From NCBI GenBank assembly GCA_013001055.1, contig JABDNH010000004.1, positions 24,529 through 88,528 of the forward strand: a DNA stretch of 64,000 nt, read 5' to 3'. Each line of letters begins with the position of its first letter. The first letter of the stretch is position 1. The DNA comes from Sphingomonas sp. GTDB lineage: Bacteria; Pseudomonadota; Alphaproteobacteria; Sphingomonadales; Sphingomonadaceae. This document shows positions 40,933 through 52,047 of the stretch, in pieces. The notes below the pieces were generated by a model. The model was not told the DNA's origin. It did not search any database and saw only the letters and a program-made list of their open reading frames with translations. Made by a program: the position numbers and the translations under genes.

Positions 40933-41814
40933 ATGAGTGATAATGACATGATCACGATCGAAGCCGATCCTAAAGAAGAACGGCTGCACCTAGCCGACCT
41001 TCCGGGTTCGGAGGCTGAACTTTCACCCACTCCCGATTTTATGCCGCGCTATCCCGGTTCGGGCCGGCTTGATGGTAAGACAGCGATCATAACTGGCGCC
41101 GACAGCGGCATCGGCCGGGCAATTGCTATCCTGTTCGCCCGTGAAGGGGCGAATGTCGCGATCGTCTATCTTTGTGAGGACGAGGACGCGCGCAAAACTC
41201 TCGAGTTGTGCAAAGACGAAGGTGCCGATGCTTTCGCCATCGCCACCGATCTTGGAAGCAAGAAAGCTTGTGAAGAAGTCGTGGAAGCAGTTGTCGAGCG
41301 GTTTGGCGGTATCGACGTGCTCGTCAACAATGCAGGCGAACAGCATCCCGACCGCGACATTCGCGACATCAGCGAAGACCAGCTACGCCGGACATTCCAG
41401 TCGAACATCTACTCGATGTTCTTCCTAACGCAGGCTGCGCGGGAACACCTCAAAGAAGGGGCTGCGGTGGTCAATACGACCTCGATTACCAGCTACAAGG
41501 GGCAGCCTGTCCTGCTCGACTACAGCGCCACGAAGGGAGCCATCACGGCTTTCACGCGGTCGCTCGCTACCAAGCTTTCCGGAGACGGCATTCGTGTCAA
41601 TGCCGTTGCTCCCGGGCCGATCTGGACACCGCTCAATCCAGCTGGAGGCATGCTGCCCGAAAAGATGGACGACTTCGGTAAGGATACGCCGATGGGGCGG
41701 CCGGGCCAGCCAAACGAAGTCGCCCCTGCCTACCTGTTTCTTGCCTGTGAGGATTCGAGCTATATCAGCGGACAGGTCATCCATCCCAATGGCGGGACGG
41801 TCGTCGGCGGTTAG
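40933..41814 (+). CDS. SDR-family oxidoreductase (YghA/YdaD general-stress-protein-39-like)
   Basis: ITGADSGIGRA Rossmann motif, YSATKGA catalytic motif, and the N-terminal extension typical of this subfamily. Confidence 0.85.
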   Translation: MSDNDMITIEADPKEERLHLADLPGSEAELSPTPDFMPRYPGSGRLDGKTAIITGADSGIGRAIAILFAREGANVAIVYLCEDEDARKTLELCKDEGADAFAIATDLGSKKACEEVVEAVVERFGGIDVLVNNAGEQHPDRDIRDISEDQLRRTFQSNIYSMFFLTQAAREHLKEGAAVVNTTSITSYKGQPVLLDYSATKGAITAFTRSLATKLSGDGIRVNAVAPGPIWTPLNPAGGMLPEKMDDFGKDTPMGRPGQPNEVAPAYLFLACEDSSYISGQVIHPNGGTVVGG

Positions 41815-42584
41815 CCCTCCATGCGCATCCATACGGGCGCATGATCCGACGCCTTTTCCTCGCCGCGCGCCCATTTGTGCACGCCCGCGCCTTGCAGCCG
41901 GTCTGCGGCCTGCGGCGAACACAGGAAATGATCGATGCGAAAGCCATGGTTCTGCGGCCACGCACCACGCTGGTAATCCCAGAACGTCCATAGCTTTTCT
42001 TCATCGGGCAATGCCGCGCGCAATGCATCGGTCCAGCCTTGATGAACAATCCGGCGCAGCGCAGCGCGGCTTTCGGGCTGCATCAGCGCATCGGCGGCCA
42101 TCGCTTTGACGCTATAGGTGTCGCGATCTTCCGGGATGACGTTGTAGTCACCTGCCAGGACAACCGGGCGCTCTTCCTTGAGCAGCGACTCTGCATGGTC
42201 CGCCAGACGCTCCATCCATTCGATCTTCTTGTCGAATTTCTCGGTCCCGATGGGGTTTCCATTCGGCAGATATATCGAGGCGACGATGAGGTCGCCGATT
42301 TCCGCCTCGATGTAGCGGCTCTGTTCGGGCAAGGGATCGCCGGGAACACCGGTGCGGCGCAGCTTGGCCTCGTCCTTCGACAGGATGGCTACGCCGTTGA
42401 AGCCCTTTTGCCCATGCCACAGGGCATGATAGCCGGCCTTTTCGACATCCCCGGTCGGCAACCCGTCCACTTCACCCTTGAGCTCCTGAAGGCACACGAC
42501 ATCGGGTTTCTCCTTGTCGAGATATTCCACGAGCCGCGGCAAACGCGCGCGAAGACCATTGATGTTGAAACTGACGATTTGCAT
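41811..42584 (-). CDS. xthA: exodeoxyribonuclease III
   Basis: MQIVSFNINGLRAR...DVVCLQE...SDHAPV signature. Confidence 0.9.
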   Translation of the reverse strand: MQIVSFNINGLRARLPRLVEYLDKEKPDVVCLQELKGEVDGLPTGDVEKAGYHALWHGQKGFNGVAILSKDEAKLRRTGVPGDPLPEQSRYIEAEIGDLIVASIYLPNGNPIGTEKFDKKIEWMERLADHAESLLKEERPVVLAGDYNVIPEDRDTYSVKAMAADALMQPESRAALRRIVHQGWTDALRAALPDEEKLWTFWDYQRGAWPQNHGFRIDHFLCSPQAADRLQGAGVHKWARGEEKASDHAPVWMRMEG

Positions 42585-42587
42585 CGA

Positions 42588-42947
42588 TCAGATCGAAAAG
42601 CTCGACCCGCACCCGCAGCCAGCTGCCGCATTGGGGTTCGTCACCTGGAAGCTGGCGCCGCCCAGATTTTCGACGAAATCGACCGCAGAACCGCGCACCA
42701 GATCGATACTAACGGGATCGACCACTAGCGTGACGCCGCATTCCTCGGTGGTAATATCGTCCGCCTCGGCCGCGCCGAGCTCGAACTTATAGGTAAAGCC
42801 CGAACACCCTCCGCCCTCGACCGACAGACGCAGCACGGCGGGCGCGCCCTGCTTTTCGGCGATGGCAGCGACGCGCTTGGCTGCGTTTTGGGTGAGAATG
42901 ATGTCGGTCACGTGGAGCGAGATAAGGTCGCCCCCGCCTCGCCGCAA
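42588..42947 (-). CDS. erpA: iron-sulfur cluster insertion protein (HesB/IscA/ErpA family)
   Basis: GGGCSGF and C-terminal CGCGSSF Cys ligands. The true start may be the GTG at 42911. Confidence 0.8.
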   Translation of the reverse strand: MRRGGGDLISLHVTDIILTQNAAKRVAAIAEKQGAPAVLRLSVEGGGCSGFTYKFELGAAEADDITTEECGVTLVVDPVSIDLVRGSAVDFVENLGGASFQVTNPNAAAGCGCGSSFSI

Positions 42948-42950
42948 GCC

Positions 42951-43859
42951 TTACTGACCGGCGGCGCCGCCCTGGGCGATTTCGTGCATCGACATATTGT
43001 CTTCCATCGCCAGGAGATAATCGGTCGATTTCATGAAGGGCAGCGGATTGACCGGCTTGCCGTCGATGCGGACTTCATAGTGAAGGTGGCTACCGGTCGA
43101 ACGGCCGGTCGAACCCATCTTGCCGATCTGCTGGCCGCGGCGAACGGTATCGCCGGCAGCGACCTGGATTTTCGAAAGGTGAGCATAGCGCGTCACGATG
43201 CCGTTGCCATGATCGACCTCGATGAGGTTGCCGTAACCGCCGCGATTATAGCCGGCGCGGAGCACCTTGCCGTCAGCAGTCGTCAGGATCGGCGTGCCGA
43301 CCGGGCCGGCAAGATCGATACCGGCATGCATGGCGCGGCGCTTCTTGAAGGGATCGGTACGTGTACCGAAGCTCGAGGTAAGGGCCGAGCCCTTGACCGG
43401 CATGTCCGACGGCACTGCAATAGTGCCCTCCTGGAGGTGGTCGAGCTTCTTCCAGCTCGTGAACAGCTGGCGAAACGTTTCATCGCCTTCTTCCGACGCT
43501 TCAAACGGGCCACCGATGGCTTCGGGAAGCTCGTAGGCAACGCCCATCTCTTCCAGTTCGGCCATACGACGCTCGATCTTCTCGTCGAGCAGGTTTTTGG
43601 CGAGCACGGCCAACACGCGCTGTTTTTCCGCGATCTGGGCGTGCGTTTCGCTGTCATGCAGCTGGTACGAAAGCACCGCCGTTTCGGCGGTGGCAAGACG
43701 GGCAGCGCTGTAGCCGGACCAAGCCGTCAGAAACACGACCACGAACAAGGCCATAAGCTGAACGAGTGCCGGGCAATAAATCCGACGCACCTTCTCACCA
43801 TCGCGAATGTAGATCTCGCGATCGCGAATGATACCGTTGAAAAAACCCGTTCCCGCCAT
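42951..43859 (-). CDS. M23-family metallopeptidase
   Basis: N-terminal TM and coiled coil. HAGIDLAG, HLHYEV Zn motifs. Confidence 0.85.
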   Translation of the reverse strand: MAGTGFFNGIIRDREIYIRDGEKVRRIYCPALVQLMALFVVVFLTAWSGYSAARLATAETAVLSYQLHDSETHAQIAEKQRVLAVLAKNLLDEKIERRMAELEEMGVAYELPEAIGGPFEASEEGDETFRQLFTSWKKLDHLQEGTIAVPSDMPVKGSALTSSFGTRTDPFKKRRAMHAGIDLAGPVGTPILTTADGKVLRAGYNRGGYGNLIEVDHGNGIVTRYAHLSKIQVAAGDTVRRGQQIGKMGSTGRSTGSHLHYEVRIDGKPVNPLPFMKSTDYLLAMEDNMSMHEIAQGGAAGQ

Positions 43860-44243
43860 GTTCAGACCCGCTCCTGTCCGGTCGATGCGTCACCGACCCG
43901 CTTTAGAATTTCAAATTCGTTGGCGATCCCCACCCCAACGCACTGACAGCACCGTAAATGCCCTAACGGCCGCTGCGGGATTGAAGGTCTGCCGATAAGG
44001 TTAAGAAAAGCAAACCGGATATAACGGGTACGAGACGAGTTGCGGCGACAAAGCGATGAAATGAGAAATTTCTTAAACCAGATTAACACTTTAATGGAAC
44101 CCGCGAAGAGTTCTCCTTAACAATGCGAATAATTAACGGGGAGCCCGATCTTTTCTGGCTGTCATCCGTTGTGCGCCTGACCTATCACACTTGCGGGCCA
44201 CGCCGTCCCAACGCGGTGCGCCTCTCTGCAAGGGGAGTATGAA

Positions 44244-45362
44244 TTGACGAGCAAACCACAATCGCGCCCTGCGCGACCCTATTTTTCATCCGGGCCGTGC
44301 GCCAAACCGCCGGGCTGGGATCCATCGAAACTCGATCTTTCGGGCCTTGGCCGGTCGCATCGCAGTGCGCACAACAAGGCGCGGCTAGCGCATTGTATCG
44401 CGCTGATGCGCGATGTGCTCGAGCTCCCCGAAACGCATCGCATTGGCATCGTTCCGGGCTCGGACACCGGCGCATTCGAGATGGCCATGTGGAACCTGCT
44501 GGGCAAGCGCGGTGTGGTCGTCGCGGGCTGGGAAAGCTTCGGCAAGGACTGGGTCAACGACATCCTCAACGAATTGAAGATCGATGCCCACGCGATGGAA
44601 GCAGAATATGGCAAGCTTCCCAATCTCAAGAAGATCGGCTGGCATAACGATGTCGTCTTTACGTGGAACGGCACTACCAGCGGCGTGCGCGTACCGGGCG
44701 GCGACTGGATACCCAACCGGCGCGAAGGCTTATCGATGGCCGATAGCACCAGCGCGCTTTTTGCCGAGCGCGTGCCATGGGAAAAGATCGATGTCGCCAC
44801 CTTCTCGTGGCAGAAAGTGCTGGGCGGCGAAGCTGCCCATGGCGTGCTCATTCTCGGCCCCCGCGCGGTCGAACGACTGGAAAGTTATGATCCCCCTTGG
44901 CCGCTCCCCAAGCTGTTCCGGCTAAAGAAGGGCGGCAAGATCAACGAGGGCATTTTCACCGGTGCGACCATCAACACACCGTCAATGCTGTGCGTCGAAG
45001 ATGCGATCCACAGCCTTGAATGGGCGCAATCGATCGGTGGCCTCGACGGCCTGATCGAGCGCGCGGAGGCCAATGTCGCCGCAGTCGACCGGCTGGTGGC
45101 GGAGCGCGACTGGCTTCACCATCTCGTCGAGGAGCCCGAGCTGCGATCGAAGACCGGCATTTGCCTGACCTGCGACGGCGCCGATCGCGAGCGCATCACC
45201 GCGATGGTCAAGCTGATCGACGGCGAAGGCGCCGGCTACGACTTCGGCGCCTATCGCGACGCCCCGCCGGGGCTACGCATCTGGTGCGGCGCGACTGTCG
45301 ATCGTGACGATATCCTGGCCCTTGGGCCCTGGCTCGACTGGGCATGGAGTGAAACGCAATGA
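44244..45362 (+). CDS. serC: phosphoserine aminotransferase (alphaproteobacterial type)
   Basis: TTG start with AAGGGGAG upstream. PYFSSGPCAKPPGW N-terminus. FSWQKVLGGE PLP-Lys region. Confidence 0.88.
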   Translation: MTSKPQSRPARPYFSSGPCAKPPGWDPSKLDLSGLGRSHRSAHNKARLAHCIALMRDVLELPETHRIGIVPGSDTGAFEMAMWNLLGKRGVVVAGWESFGKDWVNDILNELKIDAHAMEAEYGKLPNLKKIGWHNDVVFTWNGTTSGVRVPGGDWIPNRREGLSMADSTSALFAERVPWEKIDVATFSWQKVLGGEAAHGVLILGPRAVERLESYDPPWPLPKLFRLKKGGKINEGIFTGATINTPSMLCVEDAIHSLEWAQSIGGLDGLIERAEANVAAVDRLVAERDWLHHLVEEPELRSKTGICLTCDGADRERITAMVKLIDGEGAGYDFGAYRDAPPGLRIWCGATVDRDDILALGPWLDWAWSETQ

Positions 45363-46933
45363 AAGTCCTGATTGCGGACAAGATGGACCCGCGCGCCGCG
45401 CAGATTTTTCGCGAGCGCAGTATCGAAGTCGATGAAACAACGGGGCTGACGCCTGACGAACTCAAGGCGATCATCGGCCAGTATGACGGGCTTGCGGTCC
45501 GCTCCGCAACGAAACCGGGCGCGGAATTGTTCGATGCCGCGACAAACCTGAAAGTCATCGGGCGCGCCGGGATCGGGGTCGACAATATCGACATCGCTGC
45601 TGCCACCGCACGCGGCATCGTCGTGATGAACACGCCGTTCGGCAATTCGATCACGACTGCCGAACATGCCATCGCGATGATGTTCGCGCTGGCCCGGCAA
45701 CTGCCTGCCGCCGATGCCTCGACGCAGGCCGGCAAGTGGGAGAAGTCCAAGTTCATGGGCGTCGAGCTGACCGGCAAGACTTTGGGTTTGATCGGCGCCG
45801 GCAATATCGGATCTATCGTGGCCGCGCGCGCGCTGGGCCTCAAGATGAAGGTGATCGCCTACGACCCGTTCCTGACCGCTGAACGCGCGCTCGAACTGGG
45901 TATCGAGAAAGTCGATCTCGACGCACTGCTGGGACGCGCCGACTTCATCACGCTCCACACGCCGCTGACCGACCAGACTCGCGGCATCCTCGATGCCGAG
46001 GCATTGGCCAAGACAAAGAAGGGCGTACGCATCATCAATTGCGCACGCGGCGGCCTGATCGACGAAGCGGCGCTTAAGGAAGCGCTCGACAGCGGGCAGG
46101 TGGCAGGCGCCGCGCTGGACGTGTTCGAAACCGAGCCGGCGACCGATAGCCCGCTTTTCGGCACGCCCGGCTTCGTATCGACGCCGCATCTTGGTGCATC
46201 GACCACCGAGGCGCAGGTCAACGTTGCCATCCAGGTTGCCGAACAGATTTCGGACTATCTCTTGACTGGCGCGATCACCAACGCGATCAATTCGCCCAGC
46301 CTGACGGCCGAGGAGGCTCCGCGCGTCAAGCCGTACATGGGATTAGCAGAAAATCTAGGTAAACTTGCCGGCCAGGTGCTCGGCGAGGATATCGAGCGCA
46401 TCGCGGTCGAGGTCGAAGGCGACGCCGCCGAACTCAACATCAAGCCTATTACCGGCGCCGTGCTGGCCGGGCTGATGGGAAGCTATTCGGACAGCGTGAA
46501 CATGGTCAACGCCCCTGTGCTCGCCAAGGATCGCGGGCTCGACGTACGCGAAATTCGGCACAGCCATGAAGGCGATTACCATACTCTCGTGCGGGTCACC
46601 TGCGATACGCCCAAGGGCAAGCGCAGCGTTGCGGGCACCTTGTTCGGCAACGCCAATCCGCGCCTTGTCCACCTGTTCGATGTCGGTATCGAGGCCGAGC
46701 TGAACGGGCCGATGCTCTATATCGTCAACACCGACGCGCCGGGGTTCATCGGCGCGCTCGGCACCGCGCTGGGACAGGCGCAGATCAATATCGCCACCTT
46801 CAACCTTGGTCGCCGCAAGATTGGCGGCGCGGCGGTCGCGTTGATTGCGATCGACAGCGAGCCGGATGCCGAGACGGTCAAGAAGCTGTCCGCGTTGGAC
46901 GGCGTGCGAAAGGTCGTGCCGCTACGCTTCTGA
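45359..46933 (+). CDS. serA: D-3-phosphoglycerate dehydrogenase (long form with ASB/ACT domains)
   Basis: ATGA overlap with serC. GLIGAGNIG NAD motif. 524 aa. Confidence 0.92.
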   Translation: MKVLIADKMDPRAAQIFRERSIEVDETTGLTPDELKAIIGQYDGLAVRSATKPGAELFDAATNLKVIGRAGIGVDNIDIAAATARGIVVMNTPFGNSITTAEHAIAMMFALARQLPAADASTQAGKWEKSKFMGVELTGKTLGLIGAGNIGSIVAARALGLKMKVIAYDPFLTAERALELGIEKVDLDALLGRADFITLHTPLTDQTRGILDAEALAKTKKGVRIINCARGGLIDEAALKEALDSGQVAGAALDVFETEPATDSPLFGTPGFVSTPHLGASTTEAQVNVAIQVAEQISDYLLTGAITNAINSPSLTAEEAPRVKPYMGLAENLGKLAGQVLGEDIERIAVEVEGDAAELNIKPITGAVLAGLMGSYSDSVNMVNAPVLAKDRGLDVREIRHSHEGDYHTLVRVTCDTPKGKRSVAGTLFGNANPRLVHLFDVGIEAELNGPMLYIVNTDAPGFIGALGTALGQAQINIATFNLGRRKIGGAAVALIAIDSEPDAETVKKLSALDGVRKVVPLRF

Positions 46934-47038
46934 CGCGGTCGGCCCATATTTGTCATCATCCCTGATTAGGCGTAGCCAGATGACTGCGGCACCGCGTGTC
47001 GCAGTCTTTGGATGCATCAACCAAGAGGGGGTAGCTTG

Positions 47039-47431
47039 ATGACTGTCGAACTTACCTATCTTACCTGGGCGGCGCTGCTGACGGCGCTGCTCTGGGTGCC
47101 CTATATTTGGGGCCTGTTGCGTAATTCCGAAAATATGGCGTCAGGATATGTCGATCCGACGCCTCCATCGAACCTGCCCGCCTGGGTAAAGCGCGCCAAT
47201 CGAACGCACATCAATTCGGTCGAGACTCTCGCGCCGTTCGCGGTCTTCGTGCTTGTTCTCCACGTCACCGACCAGAACAACAGCATGACCGCATTATGGG
47301 CGATGGTCTTCTTCTGGGCACGCGTCGCCCATGCCATCGTCTACTGGTTAGCGATTCCCTACGTCCGCACGCTGGCGTTCCTCGTGGCGCTTGTCGCGAC
47401 GCTCGGGCTGTTCTGGGAAGCGATCAGCTAG
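47039..47431 (+). CDS. MAPEG-family membrane protein
   Basis: ATG at 47039 with AGAGGGGG upstream. 4 TM. RAN.TH.N..E... motif as in MAPEG/glutathione-transferase-like proteins. Confidence 0.7.
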   Translation: MTVELTYLTWAALLTALLWVPYIWGLLRNSENMASGYVDPTPPSNLPAWVKRANRTHINSVETLAPFAVFVLVLHVTDQNNSMTALWAMVFFWARVAHAIVYWLAIPYVRTLAFLVALVATLGLFWEAIS

Positions 47432-47471
47432 ACTAGCCAAAGCGGCCTGCCAGCCAATTTCGCGGTACCCC

Positions 47472-48287
47472 TCAGCAGAAGCTGGCGGGGTCCGGTCCCA
47501 TGCGGCCGGCGGGATCGTCCATGGCGTCGATCCGCTCGATTTGCTCGTCGCTGAGGGTCAGCTGCTCGGCGCGCATATTGGCGGCAATATGGTCGCGGCT
47601 CGACGCCTTGGGGATGGCTGACAGGCCCGACTGCAGGTGCCAGGCAAGGATGACGGCCGAACGGGGCGCATTGAGCGCGGCGGCGACGTCGCTGATAACT
47701 TCATGGTCGAGGAGGTCGCCTCTCCCCAGTGGCGACCAGCTTTGCGTGACGATCTGCATGTCGTCGTGCAGCTGTCGCAATTCGCGCTGCTGGAAGGCTG
47801 GATGACATTCGACCTGGTTGACTACGGGCACCACGTCGGTGGCGGCCACGATCTTTTCCAGATCCTGCGGCCTGAAATTGCTGACGCCGATAGATTTGGC
47901 GTGGCCCGCATCGCGCAATTCGATCAGCGCCTTCCAGGTATCGACCATCCGGCCCCTGCCTGGGCATGGCCAGTGGATCAGCAGCAGATCGACGCTGGCA
48001 CGGCCCAGCCGACCCAGACTTGCGGCAGTCGCCACCTTGGCCTGTTCGAAACCCTGGTCGCTGTTCCACACCTTGGTTGTCAGGAAGATGTCTTCACGTC
48101 CATCGAGGGCCGCACCGACGCCGCGTTCATTGCCGTAGATCGACGCGGTATCGACCAGCGCATAGCCCTCCTCCAGCGCAAGCTTGACCGTGTCGGCGGC
48201 CTTGGCGTCGTCGATCTTGTAAGTCCCGAAACCCAGCTTCGGCATGTCGCGCCCGTCGTTGAGCGTTAGGGTCCTCGATGTGAACAT
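47472..48287 (-). CDS. aldo/keto reductase (2,5-diketo-D-gluconate reductase-like)
   Basis: ATG at 48287 with AAGGAG upstream. LGFGTYK, DTASIYGNE, LLIHWP motifs. The longer track ORF N-terminus is spurious. Confidence 0.88.
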   Translation of the reverse strand: MFTSRTLTLNDGRDMPKLGFGTYKIDDAKAADTVKLALEEGYALVDTASIYGNERGVGAALDGREDIFLTTKVWNSDQGFEQAKVATAASLGRLGRASVDLLLIHWPCPGRGRMVDTWKALIELRDAGHAKSIGVSNFRPQDLEKIVAATDVVPVVNQVECHPAFQQRELRQLHDDMQIVTQSWSPLGRGDLLDHEVISDVAAALNAPRSAVILAWHLQSGLSAIPKASSRDHIAANMRAEQLTLSDEQIERIDAMDDPAGRMGPDPASFC

Positions 48288-48383
48288 TTTGACACTCCTT
48301 TGCAGCCTTAAGTGCTGGACGGGCGCGCCGGTTCCCCCTAGGCAGCGAGGCGCAATTGAGACGTCGAGACAGCAGGAAGTATC

Positions 48384-49673
48384 ATGGGCAACGTCACCGT
48401 CATCGGCGCACAATGGGGCGATGAAGGCAAGGGCAAAATCGTCGACTGGCTGGCGAGCCGCGCGGATATCGTCGCGCGCTTCCAGGGCGGCCATAATGCG
48501 GGTCACACCTTGGTGATCGATGGCAACGTCTATAAATTATCGCTGCTGCCGAGCGGGGTCGTGCGCGGCACCCCCAGCGTCATCGGTAACGGCGTCGTGC
48601 TCGATCCATGGGCGCTCAAATCGGAAGTTGAGAAGCTCGAGGGACAAGGCGTCAAGATTACGCCGGACGTCCTCTGGATTGCCGAAAATGCGGCCCTCAT
48701 CCTGCCCATCCACCGCGATCTCGATGCGCTGCGCGAAGACGCCAGCGGCAAGGGCAAGATCGGCACCACGCGCCGCGGCATCGGCCCTGCCTATGAAGAC
48801 AAGGTCGGCCGCCGCGCCATTCGCGTCTGCGACCTCGCCCATCTCGACGGTCTCGGTCCGCTGATCGACCGGCTTTGCGCGCATCACGATCATCTTCGCC
48901 GCGGCTTTGGCGAGCCTGAAGTCGATCGCGAGCGACTGCTCAACGATCTCAAGGAAATCGCCGACTTCGTCACGCCGTTCGCACGTCCGGTTTGGAAGCT
49001 GCTCGACGAAAGCCGCCGCGAAGGGAAACGCATCCTGTTCGAGGGCGCGCAGGGCGTCCTGCTCGATGTCGATCACGGGACCTATCCCTTTGTGACCTCG
49101 TCCAACACGGTCGCAGGCGCAATCGGGCCGGGCAGTGGCATGGGACCGAATAGCGCCGGCTTCGTGCTCGGCATCGCCAAGGCCTACACTACCCGCGTCG
49201 GATCGGGTCCTTTCCCAACCGAGCAGGACAATGACGTCGGCCAGCGCCTCGGCGAGCGCGGGCACGAATTCGGCACGGTGACCGGCCGCCAGCGCCGCTG
49301 CGGCTGGTTCGACGCCGTGCTGGTGCGCCAATCGGTCGCCGTGTCGGGCGTAAAGGGAATCGCGCTGACCAAGATCGACGTCATGGACGGGTTCGACACG
49401 GTGAAGATCTGCACTGGATACAAGATTGACGGGAAGGAATATGATTACTTGCCCGCGCACGCTTTCGATCAGGCGCGCGTAGAGCCGGTTTACGAAGAGA
49501 TGTCCGGGTGGGACGGCAGCAGCGCGGGTGCCCGCAGCTGGGCCGAGCTCCCCGCGCGCGCGATCAAATATGTTCGCCGGATCGAAGAGCTCATCCGCTG
49601 TCCCGTCACGCTATTGTCGACGAGTCCGGAACGCGAGGACACGATCCTCGTCCAGGATCCCTTCGCCGAATGA
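48384..49673 (+). CDS. purA: adenylosuccinate synthase
   Basis: [15 protein letters not shown]-loop, [11 protein letters not shown]. Confidence 0.95.
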   Translation: MGNVTVIGAQWGDEGKGKIVDWLASRADIVARFQGGHNAGHTLVIDGNVYKLSLLPSGVVRGTPSVIGNGVVLDPWALKSEVEKLEGQGVKITPDVLWIAENAALILPIHRDLDALREDASGKGKIGTTRRGIGPAYEDKVGRRAIRVCDLAHLDGLGPLIDRLCAHHDHLRRGFGEPEVDRERLLNDLKEIADFVTPFARPVWKLLDESRREGKRILFEGAQGVLLDVDHGTYPFVTSSNTVAGAIGPGSGMGPNSAGFVLGIAKAYTTRVGSGPFPTEQDNDVGQRLGERGHEFGTVTGRQRRCGWFDAVLVRQSVAVSGVKGIALTKIDVMDGFDTVKICTGYKIDGKEYDYLPAHAFDQARVEPVYEEMSGWDGSSAGARSWAELPARAIKYVRRIEELIRCPVTLLSTSPEREDTILVQDPFAE

Positions 49674-50407
49674 CGAGCCGCGAACAGACCGGCTTCATGC
49701 CAAAGGATCATGCGTCCAATGCGCATGTGACGTGGCTTGACCGGCTGACCTGGGCACTGTTCGCGCCGATCACGGCTCCTTTCCTTCTCAAGTCGCTACG
49801 CGGTGGATCGAAGGCCGAAAAGGAACGCCTGCTCAAGCGCCTCGGCCTTCCCGACGACGCGCTTCCCAATCTCGGAAGCTGGAAAGCCGATACCGGCTTT
49901 CTCCATCTCATCGTCGACACCATCCTTGAGAGGAAGCCGGCCCAGGTCGTCGAGTTCGGCTGCGGCGCGTCCTCCCTGGTTATCGCCAAGGCGCTCCAGA
50001 AGGCTGGCGGCGGCCAGCTTACCAGCTTTGACCAGCATGAAGATTTCGTGGCCAAAACGCGTGAATGGCTCGGCGGGTACGATCTCGACGCGAACATCAC
50101 CTATGCGCCGCTCGCGCCCAGCCCCGGTGGCTGGCCCGGCCTGTTCTACGATATCCCGCCGCTCGAACCCGGCATTGATCTCATCATCGTCGATGGCCCG
50201 CCCTGGACCATCCACCCGATGACCCGCGGCGCCGCCGATCAACTTTTCGACCGACTGGCGCCGGGCGGCATGGTCCTGCTTGACGATGCGGCGCGCCCCG
50301 GCGAACGCATCATCGCGAGCCGTTGGAAGAAGCGGTATCCGGACATCGACTGGCGCTACTGGAGCGGCGGCGAAAAGGGTACCCTGATTGGAGTCAGGAA
50401 GGACTGA
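49670..50407 (+). CDS. class I SAM-dependent methyltransferase-like protein
   Basis: The ATG at 49670 overlaps the purA stop (ATGA). [10 protein letters not shown] motif I, IIVDGPP, MVLLDDA. Confidence 0.65.
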   Translation: MTSREQTGFMPKDHASNAHVTWLDRLTWALFAPITAPFLLKSLRGGSKAEKERLLKRLGLPDDALPNLGSWKADTGFLHLIVDTILERKPAQVVEFGCGASSLVIAKALQKAGGGQLTSFDQHEDFVAKTREWLGGYDLDANITYAPLAPSPGGWPGLFYDIPPLEPGIDLIIVDGPPWTIHPMTRGAADQLFDRLAPGGMVLLDDAARPGERIIASRWKKRYPDIDWRYWSGGEKGTLIGVRKD

Positions 50408-50804
50408 GCCAGCGCCAGGCCGTCACCGCCGCGAGCGCCCAGACGATCAGGACCATTGCCAGTCCCGCCCTGCTGACCGGTCGTTCCGACAGCCCCGCCG
50501 CTTCCATGCGTAGCCGCGCGACGACAGCTTTCGGCACCATCTTGAGCGCCAGCCAAAGCCCCGCCGGAACGATCAATACGTCATCGACCAGCCCCAGCAC
50601 CGGAATGAAGTCCGGAATGAGATCGATCGGGCTGAAGGCATAAGCCGCCGTCAAGCCGGCGACGATCTTAGCGAAGAGCGGGACGAAGGGGTCACGCGCC
50701 GCCAGCCATAGGATCAACGCATCGCGCTTGAGGCTGTTAGCCCAGCGCTGCAAACGCCCGGGCGTGCTTTGCCTTTCCGGCTCTGGTTTCCCGCAATCCA
50801 CCAT
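50394..50804 (-). CDS. DUF1232 (YkvA-like) membrane protein
   Basis: YAFSPIDLIPDFIPVLGLVDD signature. The start is uncertain: ATG 50804 overlaps the upstream GNAT by 68 nt, and TTG 50753 is an alternative. Confidence 0.7.
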   Translation of the reverse strand: MVDCGKPEPERQSTPGRLQRWANSLKRDALILWLAARDPFVPLFAKIVAGLTAAYAFSPIDLIPDFIPVLGLVDDVLIVPAGLWLALKMVPKAVVARLRMEAAGLSERPVSRAGLAMVLIVWALAAVTAWRWLSPS

Positions 50805-51243
50805 CGATCAGTAGCACCTGCCAATAGTCGCCGGCATAGGGGCTTTCAAAGGGCCTTGCCGCGCCGACATCGTAATCGAAGCGCCCGTAATAGCCGGGTT
50901 CGCCGAGCAGGAAGATGGCCTGGCACCCGAGCTGCCGCGCCGTCGCCTCCGCAGTGCGGACCAGCGCGCCGCCGATGCCCACGCCCTGTCTTTCGGGGAG
51001 CACCGCCACTGGCGCCAGCGCCAGCGCTTCGATGGTCGTTCCATCGGCCTCGGCCTCCATCCTTGATAGCATCACATGGCCGACGACACGGTTATCTTCT
51101 TCGGCAACGATCGACGCAGCAACGTCCCCGCACGCCTCGAGCATGCCGACCAGCTTCACCTCGTCCTCGCCGCCAAATGCGGCGCGGTGCACCTTGGCGA
51201 TTTCCAACGCATCATCAATTCGCGCCGGACGATAGATTGTCAT
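50737..51243 (-). CDS. GNAT-family N-acetyltransferase (YhbS-like)
   Basis: RQGVGIGGALV acetyl-CoA motif. 168 aa. Confidence 0.8.
   Translation of the reverse strand: MTIYRPARIDDALEIAKVHRAAFGGEDEVKLVGMLEACGDVAASIVAEEDNRVVGHVMLSRMEAEADGTTIEALALAPVAVLPERQGVGIGGALVRTAEATARQLGCQAIFLLGEPGYYGRFDYDVGAARPFESPYAGDYWQVLLIDGGLRETRAGKAKHARAFAALG

Positions 51244-52043
<800 letters not shown>

Positions 52044-52047
<4 letters not shown>

Noticed and set aside
43862-44089. 75-aa minus-strand ORF inside the AT-rich serC upstream region.
   Set aside because: It has atypical composition (Cys/Arg/Ile-rich), no RBS and no motif. The region is more plausibly regulatory.
44001-44136. Cluster of six TTAA tetranucleotides as CtrA boxes upstream of serC or the M23 peptidase.
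   Set aside because: No pair has the canonical TTAA-N7-TTAA spacing. The observed spacers are N4, N6 and N12.
46982-47009. Hairpin gactgcg-N11-cgcagtc followed by TTT after serA, as an intrinsic terminator.
   Set aside because: The stem is only 7 bp with a large loop and a 3-nt T-run. It is too weak to call and may still contribute to termination.
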